Assembly: GCA_965372875.1 (NCBI GenBank)
Contig: CBDVDY010000002.1
Coordinates: 1-41,508, forward strand
Origin: an uncultured Alphaproteobacteria bacterium
GTDB taxonomy: Bacteria; Pseudomonadota; Alphaproteobacteria; CBDVDY01
Direction: 5' to 3'
Length of the DNA: 41,508 nt
The notes beneath the pieces were generated by a model that ran no database searches, was not told the DNA's origin, and worked only from the letters and a program-made list of their open reading frames with translations. A program made the translations under genes and the position numbers. How positions within the stretch are numbered: the first letter of the stretch is position 1; every line of letters starts with the position of its first letter. Positions 31,391 through 41,508 of the stretch are shown piece by piece.

Positions 31391-32376
31391 CGATGCACGA
31401 GCCTTTGCCCGCCAAGCGCCAGCCGGCGGTGGATAACGGCGCTGATCGGCGCCAGCTCGAAGCCGCGGCGGCGCGCGTCCGCGAGCCACGTGGCGAGTAC
31501 CTCGATGGTGGCGTCGTGCGGGTGGCCGATGCCGACCGCAAAGCCGCGGCGCCGAGCCGTCGCCTCCAACTGCGCGAGCCGCTGCCATATCTCCGGCGCG
31601 CTGCGCTCGTTATCCAGGAACACGTCGCGCCGCGCGTGAGGCACGCCCAACTCCTCCGCGATGCGGATGCCGACGCTGTCGCCGCTGGTCATGGAATCGA
31701 GGAACAGCAGGCCACGCGAGCGGGCCGCGGCAAGCAGCCGGCGCATGCGCGGCGCGTCCTCCGTGTAGCGGCTGCCCATGTGATTGCTAAAGCCTACGTA
31801 ATCGCTGACCCGGCCCAAATTCCAATCGAGCGCCGTTCGAAACGCCGCGCCATCGTGGGCCATCGCCATAAAATTGGGGCCGGGGTCGGCGTCGCCGTCA
31901 TGCGGCTCCATCGGGATGTGCACGATAATCTCGTGCCCGTTGGCGCGGGCCGCCGCGATTTGAACCGGGAGCCCGCCGGCATAGGGCAGCACGGCCATGG
32001 TAAGCGGTCCTTGGAGATCGATAGCGCGCAGCGAGCGCGCCTTGTCGACGCCGATATCGTCAATGACAACGGCAATCAACGGCCGCGCACCCGGGTCAGG
32101 CATGGCAACGGCATAGCGCCGCCATCTCGGCTCTGCCTCGGGCGGCGCAATCGCAGGGTTGCCGGCGCCCGCGTCGGGCGACGGGGATCGGCTCGTGGAC
32201 ATAAACTGGGCCGGCGGAATCGAAGCCCGCACGCTGCCGGGCCCACCGCCGCCCGATTCGAGCGAGGCGCCGGCGACGACACCCAGCGCGATGCCGACGG
32301 CGAGTATCGCCCCCGGGCGCGATAGAAGCGCGGCTACCCGCGCGGCGGCCTTTAGCTGTTTTGCCCGTTCACTCAT
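31387..32376 (-). CDS. Divergent polysaccharide deacetylase (YibQ) family protein, membrane-anchored
   Basis: N-terminal anchor (GAILAVGIALGVVAG), then the YibQ-type pattern IAVVIDDIG...LTMAVLPY...HEIIVHIPMEP...FSNHMGS...FLDS...DVFLDN...GIGHPH. ATG at 32376 chosen. The TTG at 32460 would overlap cueR. Confidence 0.8.
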   Translation of the reverse strand: MSERAKQLKAAARVAALLSRPGAILAVGIALGVVAGASLESGGGGPGSVRASIPPAQFMSTSRSPSPDAGAGNPAIAPPEAEPRWRRYAVAMPDPGARPLIAVVIDDIGVDKARSLRAIDLQGPLTMAVLPYAGGLPVQIAAARANGHEIIVHIPMEPHDGDADPGPNFMAMAHDGAAFRTALDWNLGRVSDYVGFSNHMGSRYTEDAPRMRRLLAAARSRGLLFLDSMTSGDSVGIRIAEELGVPHARRDVFLDNERSAPEIWQRLAQLEATARRRGFAVGIGHPHDATIEVLATWLADARRRGFELAPISAVIHRRLALGGQRLVHR

Positions 32377-32407
32377 GCGAATTGCCCGAGTATCGGCGAT
32401 ACGTAGA

Positions 32408-32429
32408 GGCGCGCGCTCATACGCGCGCC
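32408..32429 (-). terminator. Strong GC hairpin spanning the cueR stop codon (possible attenuator or partial terminator)
   Basis: GGCGCGCG-CTCATA-CGCGCGCC: perfect 8-bp all-GC stem with a 6-nt loop that contains the cueR TGA. The downstream tail UCUACGUAUCG is only weakly U-rich. Confidence 0.3.
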
Positions 32430-32836
32430 GATTCTCGGCCGGCGAATCCGTGCTCGGCAAGATCGTCGAGGATCGGGCAGTCCGGGCGGTGATCGCCGTG
32501 GCAGCGATCGATCAGGTCGACGAGGGTACGGCGCATGGCCCGCAACTCGGTAATTTTGCGGTCGATGTCGGCGACGTGCCGCTCGGAGAGCGCCTTCACG
32601 TCGGCGCTGGCACGCCTGTCGTCGCGCCACAGCATGAGCAGCGCGGAAACCTCCTTGACCGAAAATCCGAGGCCACGGGCGCGCTGAATAAACCGCAGCG
32701 TATGCAGATCGCGCTCGGCGTACCGCCGGTAGCCGCCCGCGCTACGCGGCGCCTGCGGGATCAATCCAACGCTCTCATAATAACGGATCGTTTTGCTGGG
32801 AATGCCGGCGCGGTCGGCAACGGTTCCGATGTGCAT
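32417..32836 (-). CDS. cueR: Cu(I)-responsive MerR-family regulator CueR/HmrR
   Basis: MerR HTH MHIGTVADRAGIPSKTIRYYE. C-terminal metal loop CHGDHRPDCP has Cys-x7-Cys, the same spacing as E. coli CueR C112/C120. SD GGAGGAAAC before the ATG at 32836. Confidence 0.9.
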   Translation of the reverse strand: MHIGTVADRAGIPSKTIRYYESVGLIPQAPRSAGGYRRYAERDLHTLRFIQRARGLGFSVKEVSALLMLWRDDRRASADVKALSERHVADIDRKITELRAMRRTLVDLIDRCHGDHRPDCPILDDLAEHGFAGRESARV

Positions 32837-32883
32837 GTTTCCTCCGCGGAGTTCGGTGGCGTAACGTTATGTCGTGAATTATT

Positions 32884-35226
<2,343 letters not shown>

Positions 35227-35326
35227 AGTCAATCCTTTCGGCGGCCTCATGCCGATCCAGCGGTAGATCCGATTCGGCACGTTGACGCCAGCTTCATCCA
35301 GCCGCCGGCCCCCACACGCCACACCT

Positions 35327-35357
35327 CATATGAGGGTTCCAGTAACTGGAAGGTCAA
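35327..35357 (-). promoter_or_regulatory. CueR/MerR-type copA promoter with 19-bp spacer and operator dyad
   Basis: Minus strand reads TTGACC-TTCCAGTTACTGGAACCCT-CATATG. The -35 TTGACC is followed by a 19-nt spacer containing the dyad TTCCAGT-T-ACTGGAA. This matches my recollection of E. coli PcopA (TTGACCTTCC...CTGGAAGG). It lies about 100 nt upstream of the copA ATG. Confidence 0.7.
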
Positions 35358-35565
35358 CGTATTTCTGGCAGGCTTGGCCTTCCCGCCCGGCATGGAACGG
35401 TCGCCTTTTTTCCCTCCCCCAGACCTGCTATAACGGGGCATCCGGGCCGATCGCGTCATTCAATATCCTTTAACTATTTGTAATAACAGCGATAATCGGC
35501 CCAGAACAGACTGGGTGGACGATGAAACGTCGGCAGGAAATCACCCCCGTGCGGAGCGGCCGGCC

Positions 35566-36648
35566 ATGACCGGCGACATGCGCGACATGAAGGCGCTGTT
35601 GGCCATCGCCGCCAGCGGCCGGCCCCTGAGTATCGAGGAGGCCGAGACCGCCTTCCACATCATGATGTCGGGCGATGCCACGCCGGCGCAGATGGGCGGC
35701 TTTCTGATGGCGCTCCGGGTCCGCGGCGAAACGGTGGACGAGATCACCGGCGCCGCCCGCACGATGCGCGCCAAGATGTTGACCATCGAAGCGCCGGCCA
35801 ACGCCATCGACATCGTCGGCACCGGCGGCGATGGATCCGGTACCCATAACATCTCCACCGCCAGCGCCCTGGTACTCGCGGGCTGCGGCCTGCCGGTGGC
35901 CAAGCACGGCAACCGGGCGTTCTCGTCCAAATCCGGCGCGGCCGACCTTCTGGCCGCCCTGGGCGTCAATCTGGACGCCGATTTTCAACTCATCGAGAAG
36001 TCCATTCGTGAAGCCAACATCTGCTTCATGATGGCGCCCCGACACCACGGCGCGATGCGCCACGTCGGCGGCGCGCGGGTCGAGCTCGGCACGCGGACGA
36101 TCTTCAACCTGTTGGGGCCGATTTCCAACCCGGCGCGGGTACGAAGGCAACTCGTCGGCGTGTTCGACAAAAGGTGGCTCGAACCCATTGCCGCGACCTT
36201 GGGCCAGTTGGGACTGGAGCATGCCTGGGTGGTGCATGGCGCCGACGGGCTCGACGAAATTACCCTGACCGGCCCCACGCATGTCGCCGAGTTGCGGGAT
36301 GGCCGGGTTACGAGCTTCGATATCGCCCCCGCCGACGCCGGCTTGGCGGTGGCGGACGCCGCGGATTTGAAGGGCGGCGAACCCGAGGAGAACGCCGAGG
36401 CGACACGCGCCATGCTGTCGGGAGCACGGAGCGCCTATCGCGATATTGTACTGCTGAACGCCGGCGCGGCGCTGGTCGTGGCCGGCCGCGCCCGCAGCCT
36501 CGAGGACGGGGCGGCCCAGGCGGCGCGCGCTATCGATGGCGGACACGCCATGGCCGCGCTCGACCAGCTCGTCGAAATCACCAACGAGGAGCTGCCTGAA
36601 CCCGATCCCGAGGAAGATCAGGACGAGCGAACCAGGGACGCGGCGTGA
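35566..36648 (+). CDS. trpD: Anthranilate phosphoribosyltransferase
   Basis: [38 protein letters not shown] at 35566 is preferred. The GTG at 35515 in the ORF track is an alternative. Confidence 0.92.
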   Translation: MTGDMRDMKALLAIAASGRPLSIEEAETAFHIMMSGDATPAQMGGFLMALRVRGETVDEITGAARTMRAKMLTIEAPANAIDIVGTGGDGSGTHNISTASALVLAGCGLPVAKHGNRAFSSKSGAADLLAALGVNLDADFQLIEKSIREANICFMMAPRHHGAMRHVGGARVELGTRTIFNLLGPISNPARVRRQLVGVFDKRWLEPIAATLGQLGLEHAWVVHGADGLDEITLTGPTHVAELRDGRVTSFDIAPADAGLAVADAADLKGGEPEENAEATRAMLSGARSAYRDIVLLNAGAALVVAGRARSLEDGAAQAARAIDGGHAMAALDQLVEITNEELPEPDPEEDQDERTRDAA

Positions 36649-37460
36649 GCGACGTCCTCGCCCGTATTTGCGACGACACGCGCGCGATTGTCGCCCGGCG
36701 CAAGGCCGAGAGGCCGCTCGCCGAGGTGGAGCGCGCCGCGCGGCAGGCTTCACCTGTCCGGGGTTTCGCGGATCGCCTCGCCGCCGCGGTGGATTCGGGC
36801 GGATACGGTCTGATCGCCGAAATCAAGAAAGCGTCGCCGAGCCAGGGGCTGATCCGCCGCCATTTCGATCCGGCTTCCTTGGCTCGGGCCTACCGTTCGG
36901 GCGGCGCCACCTGCCTGTCGGTGCTGACCGACGAAAAGTATTTCCAGGGAAAGGACGCGTATGTCGGCATGGCCCGCGAGGCGTCGGACCTGCCGGCGCT
37001 ACGCAAGGATTTCATGGTCGACCCGTACCAGGTGCCCGAGGCGCGCGCCATCGGCGCAGACTGCATCCTCATCATCATGGCCGCCGTCGACGACGCGCTG
37101 GCGCGGGATATGGCAGAAACGGCGGCCGATTACGGCATGGATTGCCTTGTCGAGGTGCACGACGCGGCGGAACTCGACCGGGCCTTGGCGCTCGATTGCC
37201 GTCTGATCGGCGTCAACAACCGCGACCTCAAGACCCTCAAGACCGACCTGGCGACGACCGAGGCGCTGGCCGGCCAGGTGCCGGCGGACCGTTTGCTGGT
37301 TTGCGAAAGCGGCATCGAGACGCCCGAACACCTTGCCCGAATGGCGCGGGTCGGCGCGCATTGCTTTCTCGTCGGTACCGCGTTGATGATGCGGGACGAC
37401 GTGGCGGCGGCGACCCGGGCGCTCCTCGCGCCGTCCGTGGTCCGCGTGGCGAGCGCCTGA
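36645..37460 (+). CDS. trpC: Indole-3-glycerol phosphate synthase
   Basis: [38 protein letters not shown] start forms a GTGA overlap with the trpD stop. Confidence 0.93.
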   Translation: MSDVLARICDDTRAIVARRKAERPLAEVERAARQASPVRGFADRLAAAVDSGGYGLIAEIKKASPSQGLIRRHFDPASLARAYRSGGATCLSVLTDEKYFQGKDAYVGMAREASDLPALRKDFMVDPYQVPEARAIGADCILIIMAAVDDALARDMAETAADYGMDCLVEVHDAAELDRALALDCRLIGVNNRDLKTLKTDLATTEALAGQVPADRLLVCESGIETPEHLARMARVGAHCFLVGTALMMRDDVAAATRALLAPSVVRVASA

Positions 37461-37469
37461 GCATCGGCC

Positions 37470-37949
37470 ATGAGCAAGCTCAGCCACATCGACGACCAGG
37501 GCAAGGCGACGATGGTCGATGTATCGGCCAAGGACGAAACCCACCGCGTCGCCACCGCCAAGGGGGCCGTCCTGATGCAGGCGGCGACGCTGCAACTCAT
37601 CCTCGACGCGGGAGTCAAGAAGGGCGACGTGCTCAGCGTGGCGCAACTTGCCGGCATCATGGGGGCCAAGAAGACGCCGGAACTGATCCCGCTCTGCCAT
37701 CCCCTGCCGCTGAGTTCGGTCGAGGTCGGTCTTTCTCCCGACCCGGAACGGGCCGCCGTGGAGATCACCGCAACCTGCAAGACCACCGGCCAAACGGGCG
37801 TGGAGATGGAGGCCATGACCGCGGTCGCCATCGCGGCGCTCACCGTCTACGACATGGTCAAGGCGGTCGATCGCGGCGTTCGCCTGACCGATATCCGCCT
37901 GACCCACAAATCCGGCGGCAAGTCGGGGATCTACGACGCCGGCGAGTAA
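37470..37949 (+). CDS. moaC: Cyclic pyranopterin monophosphate synthase MoaC
   Basis: LSHIDDQGKATMVDVS, KKTPELIPLCHPLPL, GVEMEAMTAVAIAALTVYDM. Confidence 0.95.
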   Translation: MSKLSHIDDQGKATMVDVSAKDETHRVATAKGAVLMQAATLQLILDAGVKKGDVLSVAQLAGIMGAKKTPELIPLCHPLPLSSVEVGLSPDPERAAVEITATCKTTGQTGVEMEAMTAVAIAALTVYDMVKAVDRGVRLTDIRLTHKSGGKSGIYDAGE

Positions 37950-37954
37950 AATTT

Positions 37955-38001
37955 AACGCATTAAAACTGTGTAGAAACACTTTTCTAAGCGTTGTTTCTC
38001 T
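37955..38001. terminator. Candidate bidirectional terminator between convergent moaC and the MBL gene
   Basis: AT-rich 70-nt spacer containing a long imperfect hairpin: AACGC/GCGTT, TTA/TAA, AAA/TTT and GTGT/ACAC with an AGAA loop. About 15 bp in total with three interruptions. Flanked by GTTTCTCT on plus and ATTTT on minus. Confidence 0.3.
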
Positions 38002-38019
38002 AGTTATACCTTAATAAAG

Positions 38020-38997
38020 TCAGGCCGACTCTCCCAACCCATATAGCCCGCGTTCTTGCGCCAGCGACGCCATCGCCGCGAACAGGCCGGGGATATCGGC
38101 CGCGCCCTGCTCGCCGCTGAATTCGCGATAGAGGGTCGCGACGTTGACGATTACGCGCTCGCTCTCGCTCCAGGTCGAGAAATCACCGAGGGCAATGTCG
38201 CGCGCCGCCGCCTCGACCGGCATGCCGGAATCGAACCGGCTGCGCGCTTCGGCGCTAAGATATTCAAGATAGTTTTTAACCCCGGCGACGCCGGACTTGT
38301 CGGTCACCGGCCCGTGTCCCGGCACCACCGTCTCGACATCCATATCGATGATGCGGTCACAGGCGTCGATCCAGTTGCTCACCGGCCCGGCCCAGACGAT
38401 CGGATGGCCCCCGATAAACAGGATATCGCCGGTGAATATCGTCCGATCCCCGGGCAGATAGACCAGGATGTCGCCCTTGGTGTGGGCCGGGCCGACCTCG
38501 ATCAGCTCGACCCGCTTTTCGCCCACCTGGCGCGTCATGGTCCCCTCGAAGGTCGTGTTGGGAGGCGTCAGCTCGATCGATTCGAAATCGAATCCGTCGA
38601 AAATACGCGAAACGTAATCGCCCAACACGCCCATGCCCGGCGCGGCTTTCATCATTTGCGCCAGCATTTGCGGAGGCATTTCGGTCATTTCCGCCGCCGC
38701 CGCCTTGGAGGCGATAATGTCGGCGCCGGCGACCAGCTGGTTGCCCCAGCAGTGATCGCCGTTGGCGTGGGTATTGACGACCGTGCCGATGTTCTCGGCC
38801 GCCTTGGTCGCGCGCCGCATCTCTTCGAGCATCGCCCGGGTACGCGGGACATCGAACAGGGTATCGACCAGCAGCGACTCGCCGCTCGCCACGATCAGTC
38901 CCGCGTTGTTCCAACCCCATGAGCCGTCCGGCTGCAGATACGCGAACACGCCGTTGCCGATCTCCTGCAGCCCCTTTTCGTATCGCCAATCCGCCAT
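38020..38997 (-). CDS. MBL-fold metallo-hydrolase (variant HxNxDH motif)
   Basis: MBL motifs: NTHANGDH (motif 2, second His replaced by Asn), GPAHTKGD, FTGDILF, VPGHGP. ATG at 38997 preceded by GGGGGAGGG with 6-nt spacing. Confidence 0.85.
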   Translation of the reverse strand: MADWRYEKGLQEIGNGVFAYLQPDGSWGWNNAGLIVASGESLLVDTLFDVPRTRAMLEEMRRATKAAENIGTVVNTHANGDHCWGNQLVAGADIIASKAAAAEMTEMPPQMLAQMMKAAPGMGVLGDYVSRIFDGFDFESIELTPPNTTFEGTMTRQVGEKRVELIEVGPAHTKGDILVYLPGDRTIFTGDILFIGGHPIVWAGPVSNWIDACDRIIDMDVETVVPGHGPVTDKSGVAGVKNYLEYLSAEARSRFDSGMPVEAAARDIALGDFSTWSESERVIVNVATLYREFSGEQGAADIPGLFAAMASLAQERGLYGLGESA

Positions 38998-39092
38998 CTC
39001 GTGCCCTCCCCCAACGCACCATTCGGACCGCGTGCGCGATCAGCGCTTTCGCGGCCAGCGAAGGTCGAGCCTAACAGTAAAGGGGAAGTGCG

Positions 39093-39473
39093 TCAGCCGG
39101 CGCGACGGTAAGCGATCTGCCCGTTGCCAAAATGCAGGGTGAGCCAGCCCTTGCGGATTCCGACACCGACATCGCGGCTGATCAAGCCGCCTCCCGACTG
39201 GCTCAGTTCCATGTGCACGGTGTCCGAATCGGTGAAGCGGTAGGTACCAATGAACACGTTGTGGCGTAACGTACCGCCCTGGCGCAACTGTTCGATGATC
39301 GTCACCCCGCCGTTTTTCCTGAACTCGATCGTACCACCCGCGAGATCGCCACCGGGGTCGGTGATCCGCCATTTGCCCAGGATTTCGGCCTTGAAATCCT
39401 CCTGACCACAAGCGGCCACGCCCAGCGAGAGGGCGAGCAGGAGCGGAATCAAGGAGGAGAGACGCCGAAACAT
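39093..39473 (-). CDS. Small lipoprotein, lipocalin-like (GKW...) domain
   Basis: Signal peptide plus lipobox MFRRLSSLIPLLLALSLGVAAC. The mature part begins GQEDFKAEILGKWRI and is beta-rich. ATG at 39473 chosen over the ORF-track start at 39521. Confidence 0.7.
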   Translation of the reverse strand: MFRRLSSLIPLLLALSLGVAACGQEDFKAEILGKWRITDPGGDLAGGTIEFRKNGGVTIIEQLRQGGTLRHNVFIGTYRFTDSDTVHMELSQSGGGLISRDVGVGIRKGWLTLHFGNGQIAYRRAG

Positions 39474-39588
39474 GGGGTTACAGTTGAGGCATTTGCCTAA
39501 CAAATCGTGAAAGATCGCCACGCTTGGGGCTCGTGCCGGACGGGCCGCTTTGATATGGTGCGGGCACCATGATTAGACGGAAAACGGG

Positions 39589-40803
39589 ATGATATCGGTC
39601 GAGGAAGCGCGCCAGCGGATCATCGGTGGGTTCGAGGCGCTGCCGCCGGAGCAAGTGAGCCTGGCCGACGCGCTGGGACGGGCGTTGGCGGAGGATATCT
39701 CTGCCCGCGTCACCCAGCCGCCGGCCGCGGTCTCGGCGATGGACGGCTACGCGGTCCGCGCCGAGGATGTGCGCGAAGTGCCCGTGACGCTCGACCGTAT
39801 CGGCGAGGCGCCGGCGGGCGGAGTCTTCGACGGCAAAGTCGGCCCCGGCCAGGCGGTACGAATCTTCACCGGCGGCCCGGTGCCGGCGGGCGCCGACGCC
39901 ATCGTCATCCAGGAGGACACCGAAACCGACGGCAAGCGCGTGACGGTCAAGGAGCCCGCGCCGGAAGGCCATTATATCCGGCCCGCCGGCCTCGATTTCC
40001 GGGAAGGCGACGTGGGAATCCGCGCCGGGCGTCTGCTGACCGCCCGCGACATCGGCCTCGCGGCGGCAATGAACGTGCCCTGGCTCAAAGTGCGGCGGCG
40101 CCCGCGCATCGCCGTTCTGGCCACCGGCGACGAGGTGGTAATGCCGGGCGACCCGAGGGGCCCGCATCAGATCGTCAGCTCCAACGGGTTGGCGCTAGCG
40201 GCGTTTATCACGGCCAATGGCGGCGACCCGATCAACCTTGGCATCGCGCCCGACACCAGTGATGCGCTCAAATCGATGGCCGCCGGCGCCAAGGGGGCGG
40301 ACCTACTGGTGACCACGGGTGGCGCCTCGGTGGGCGAGCACGATCTGGTGCAAAGCGCCTTGGGCGAAGTCGGTTTCGAGGTGGATTTCTGGCGCGTCGC
40401 CATGCGGCCTGGCAAGCCGCTCATGTTCGGCCGGTTGGGCGAGACACCGCTTCTCGGCCTGCCCGGCAACCCGGTCTCCAGTCTGGTCTGCGCGATCCTC
40501 TATCTGGGGCCGATCATGGAAACCATGCTGGGCTTGCGGCGGGCCGATGAGCCGGCGCCGACAGCGCTCCTCGGTGCCGATCTCGACGAGAACGACCGGC
40601 GCCAGGATTACCTGCGCGCCCGCCTTTCGCGCGGCAATGACGGCGATCTGGTGGCCACGCCGTTCGGCCGACAGGACAGCTCGATGCTCTCCCATCTCGT
40701 CAATTCCGACTGTCTGGTGGTGCGCGCCCCGCATGCGCCGCCGGCCAAGGCGGGCGAGCGCGTCGAAATCATCCCGCTCCCTGGTGTCCGCGCCGGGGTT
40801 TGA
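39589..40803 (+). CDS. moeA: Molybdopterin molybdenumtransferase MoeA
   Basis: MoeA pattern: SAMDGYAVRAEDV, RIFTGGPVPAGADAIVIQED, LVTTGGASVGEHDLV, PGKPLMFG, GLPGNPVSS. Confidence 0.93.
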   Translation: MISVEEARQRIIGGFEALPPEQVSLADALGRALAEDISARVTQPPAAVSAMDGYAVRAEDVREVPVTLDRIGEAPAGGVFDGKVGPGQAVRIFTGGPVPAGADAIVIQEDTETDGKRVTVKEPAPEGHYIRPAGLDFREGDVGIRAGRLLTARDIGLAAAMNVPWLKVRRRPRIAVLATGDEVVMPGDPRGPHQIVSSNGLALAAFITANGGDPINLGIAPDTSDALKSMAAGAKGADLLVTTGGASVGEHDLVQSALGEVGFEVDFWRVAMRPGKPLMFGRLGETPLLGLPGNPVSSLVCAILYLGPIMETMLGLRRADEPAPTALLGADLDENDRRQDYLRARLSRGNDGDLVATPFGRQDSSMLSHLVNSDCLVVRAPHAPPAKAGERVEIIPLPGVRAGV

Positions 40804-41017
40804 AGAAACTATACAGGCCGTTCGGTTTGAGGATTCCCGGTGTGGTCGATCCAAAGCGACTACGAGCAGGTATTCCCGACGACCAATTAGTACGGCAATT
40901 CCTTCACGTTCATCTGTCAACCATCGGTAGAAGTGTTGATGCGTGCAATTACCTATAGGGTATTATCCGAAATCGTTTATAATCAAGTTGGTTTTCGCGA
41001 TTTACGGGAGGATTGCG

Positions 41018-41500
41018 ATGTCTCCAAATTCAGAAGTTCAGCCACCTGCCAAGCTTAGAATGAGCGACAGGGAACGCATTGCCGTCGGTGCGATCGGAGG
41101 AATACTCGTCGGCGTGGTTGCGTACCCCGTCCCGGCCTATGAGACGATGCTCAACGTCGAAGGCGGTTTCGCCCTGCTCGCCGGTTGGGTGTTGCGGATT
41201 GTTGGTTTCGGTTTCCTGGGCGGGCTCTGGGCTTTTCTCCACAAGAGCGAGAATGAGAGGTTCAAGATATTTCAGTTTGGCGTGATCGGTCCGGCGGTCA
41301 TCTCCGCCATGATCGCGGCAAACGTTCCGAAAGAGGCGATCGGTCCCGGCGAAGCCGTCAGCGGCTCACACGGAATTGCGATCGTGTCGTCAGCCCATGC
41401 TGCGGAACGGCCACCCCGGCAGCCTGCCGAGAAGCCGCGCCGATCGTTCTGGTCGCTCGTAGTGAAAGGGTTTCTTGGAAGCAGCACGATCAAGAAGTAG
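41018..41500 (+). CDS. Hypothetical membrane protein (about 3 TM helices), no recognisable family
   Basis: ATG at 41018 preceded by GGGAGGA with about 6-nt spacing. TM segments IAVGAIGGILVGVVAY, FALLAGWVLRIVGFGFLGGLWAFL, IFQFGVIGPAVISAMIAA. Uses several codons that are rare elsewhere in the window (AGA, AGG, ATA, TCA, CCA). Confidence 0.6.
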   Translation: MSPNSEVQPPAKLRMSDRERIAVGAIGGILVGVVAYPVPAYETMLNVEGGFALLAGWVLRIVGFGFLGGLWAFLHKSENERFKIFQFGVIGPAVISAMIAANVPKEAIGPGEAVSGSHGIAIVSSAHAAERPPRQPAEKPRRSFWSLVVKGFLGSSTIKK

Positions 41501-41508
41501 CAGGCCGC

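Noticed and set aside
35392-35569. Possible trp leader peptide or attenuator upstream of trpD. This includes the small uORFs MERSPFFPPPDLL at 35392 and [15 protein letters not shown] at 35522, the latter ending in an ATGA overlap with the trpD ATG.
   Set aside because: Neither peptide contains Trp codons, and no terminator/antiterminator pair is evident. As I recall, attenuation in alphaproteobacteria acts at trpE(G), not trpD. These are probably chance ORFs.
35470-38014. 427-aa minus ORF (35470-36753) and 492-aa plus ORF (36536-38014) across trpD, trpC and moaC
   Set aside because: They overlap three well-supported biosynthetic genes in other frames. The products are Arg/Gly/Pro-rich with no motifs.

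Overview
GC-rich chromosomal core segment with the gene order typical of an alphaproteobacterium (Rhizobiales/Rhodospirillales-like). I call about 40 protein genes, about 30 of them on the minus strand. By eye I found no rRNA, tRNA, CRISPR array, transposase, integrase or phage genes. All calls rest on motifs read in the supplied translations; no database search was possible.

Backbone, left to right:
- hfq, HAD phosphatase, dat, trkA, ntrX, ntrY, ntrC, ntrB, dusB (all minus; several stop/start overlaps)
- a CcsA/YpjD-like membrane protein (minus)
- ispDF, pgpA, cinA-like, CPBP protease (plus)
- SRPBCC RatA/COQ10-like, lipA, lpdA, pdhC, pdhB, pdhA, ftsB, eno, kdsA, pyrG, secG, tpiA, MetE-like (minus)
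- ppiD (plus)
- GNAT, YibQ-like deacetylase, cueR, copA (minus)
- trpD, trpC, moaC (plus)
- MBL hydrolase and a lipoprotein (minus)
- moeA and an orphan membrane protein (plus)

As I recall, this backbone order matches other alphaproteobacterial chromosomes such as Sinorhizobium meliloti. That is memory, not a search result.

I did not find a convincing novel multi-gene system (defence or otherwise). The window is mostly ordinary housekeeping DNA with a few small accessory-looking insertions. The observations most worth a second look are:
1. A direct repeat of about 250-290 nt at about 96% identity, formed by the lipoyl-domain modules of pdhB and pdhC. This suggests gene conversion.
2. A copA-cueR-yibQ-GNAT block between ppiD and trpD. 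It has a textbook CueR/MerR 19-bp-spacer promoter and a CopA N-terminus that lacks the classical HMA fold.
3. An MBL hydrolase with an HxNxDH motif, plus a lipoprotein, between moaC and moeA.
4. A 52-codon tail-anchored ORF after the CPBP protease, too short to appear in the supplied ORF track.
5. A perfect 15-bp tandem duplication across the ntrC stop codon.

Many long ORFs antisense to or out of frame with real genes are treated as high-GC artefacts.
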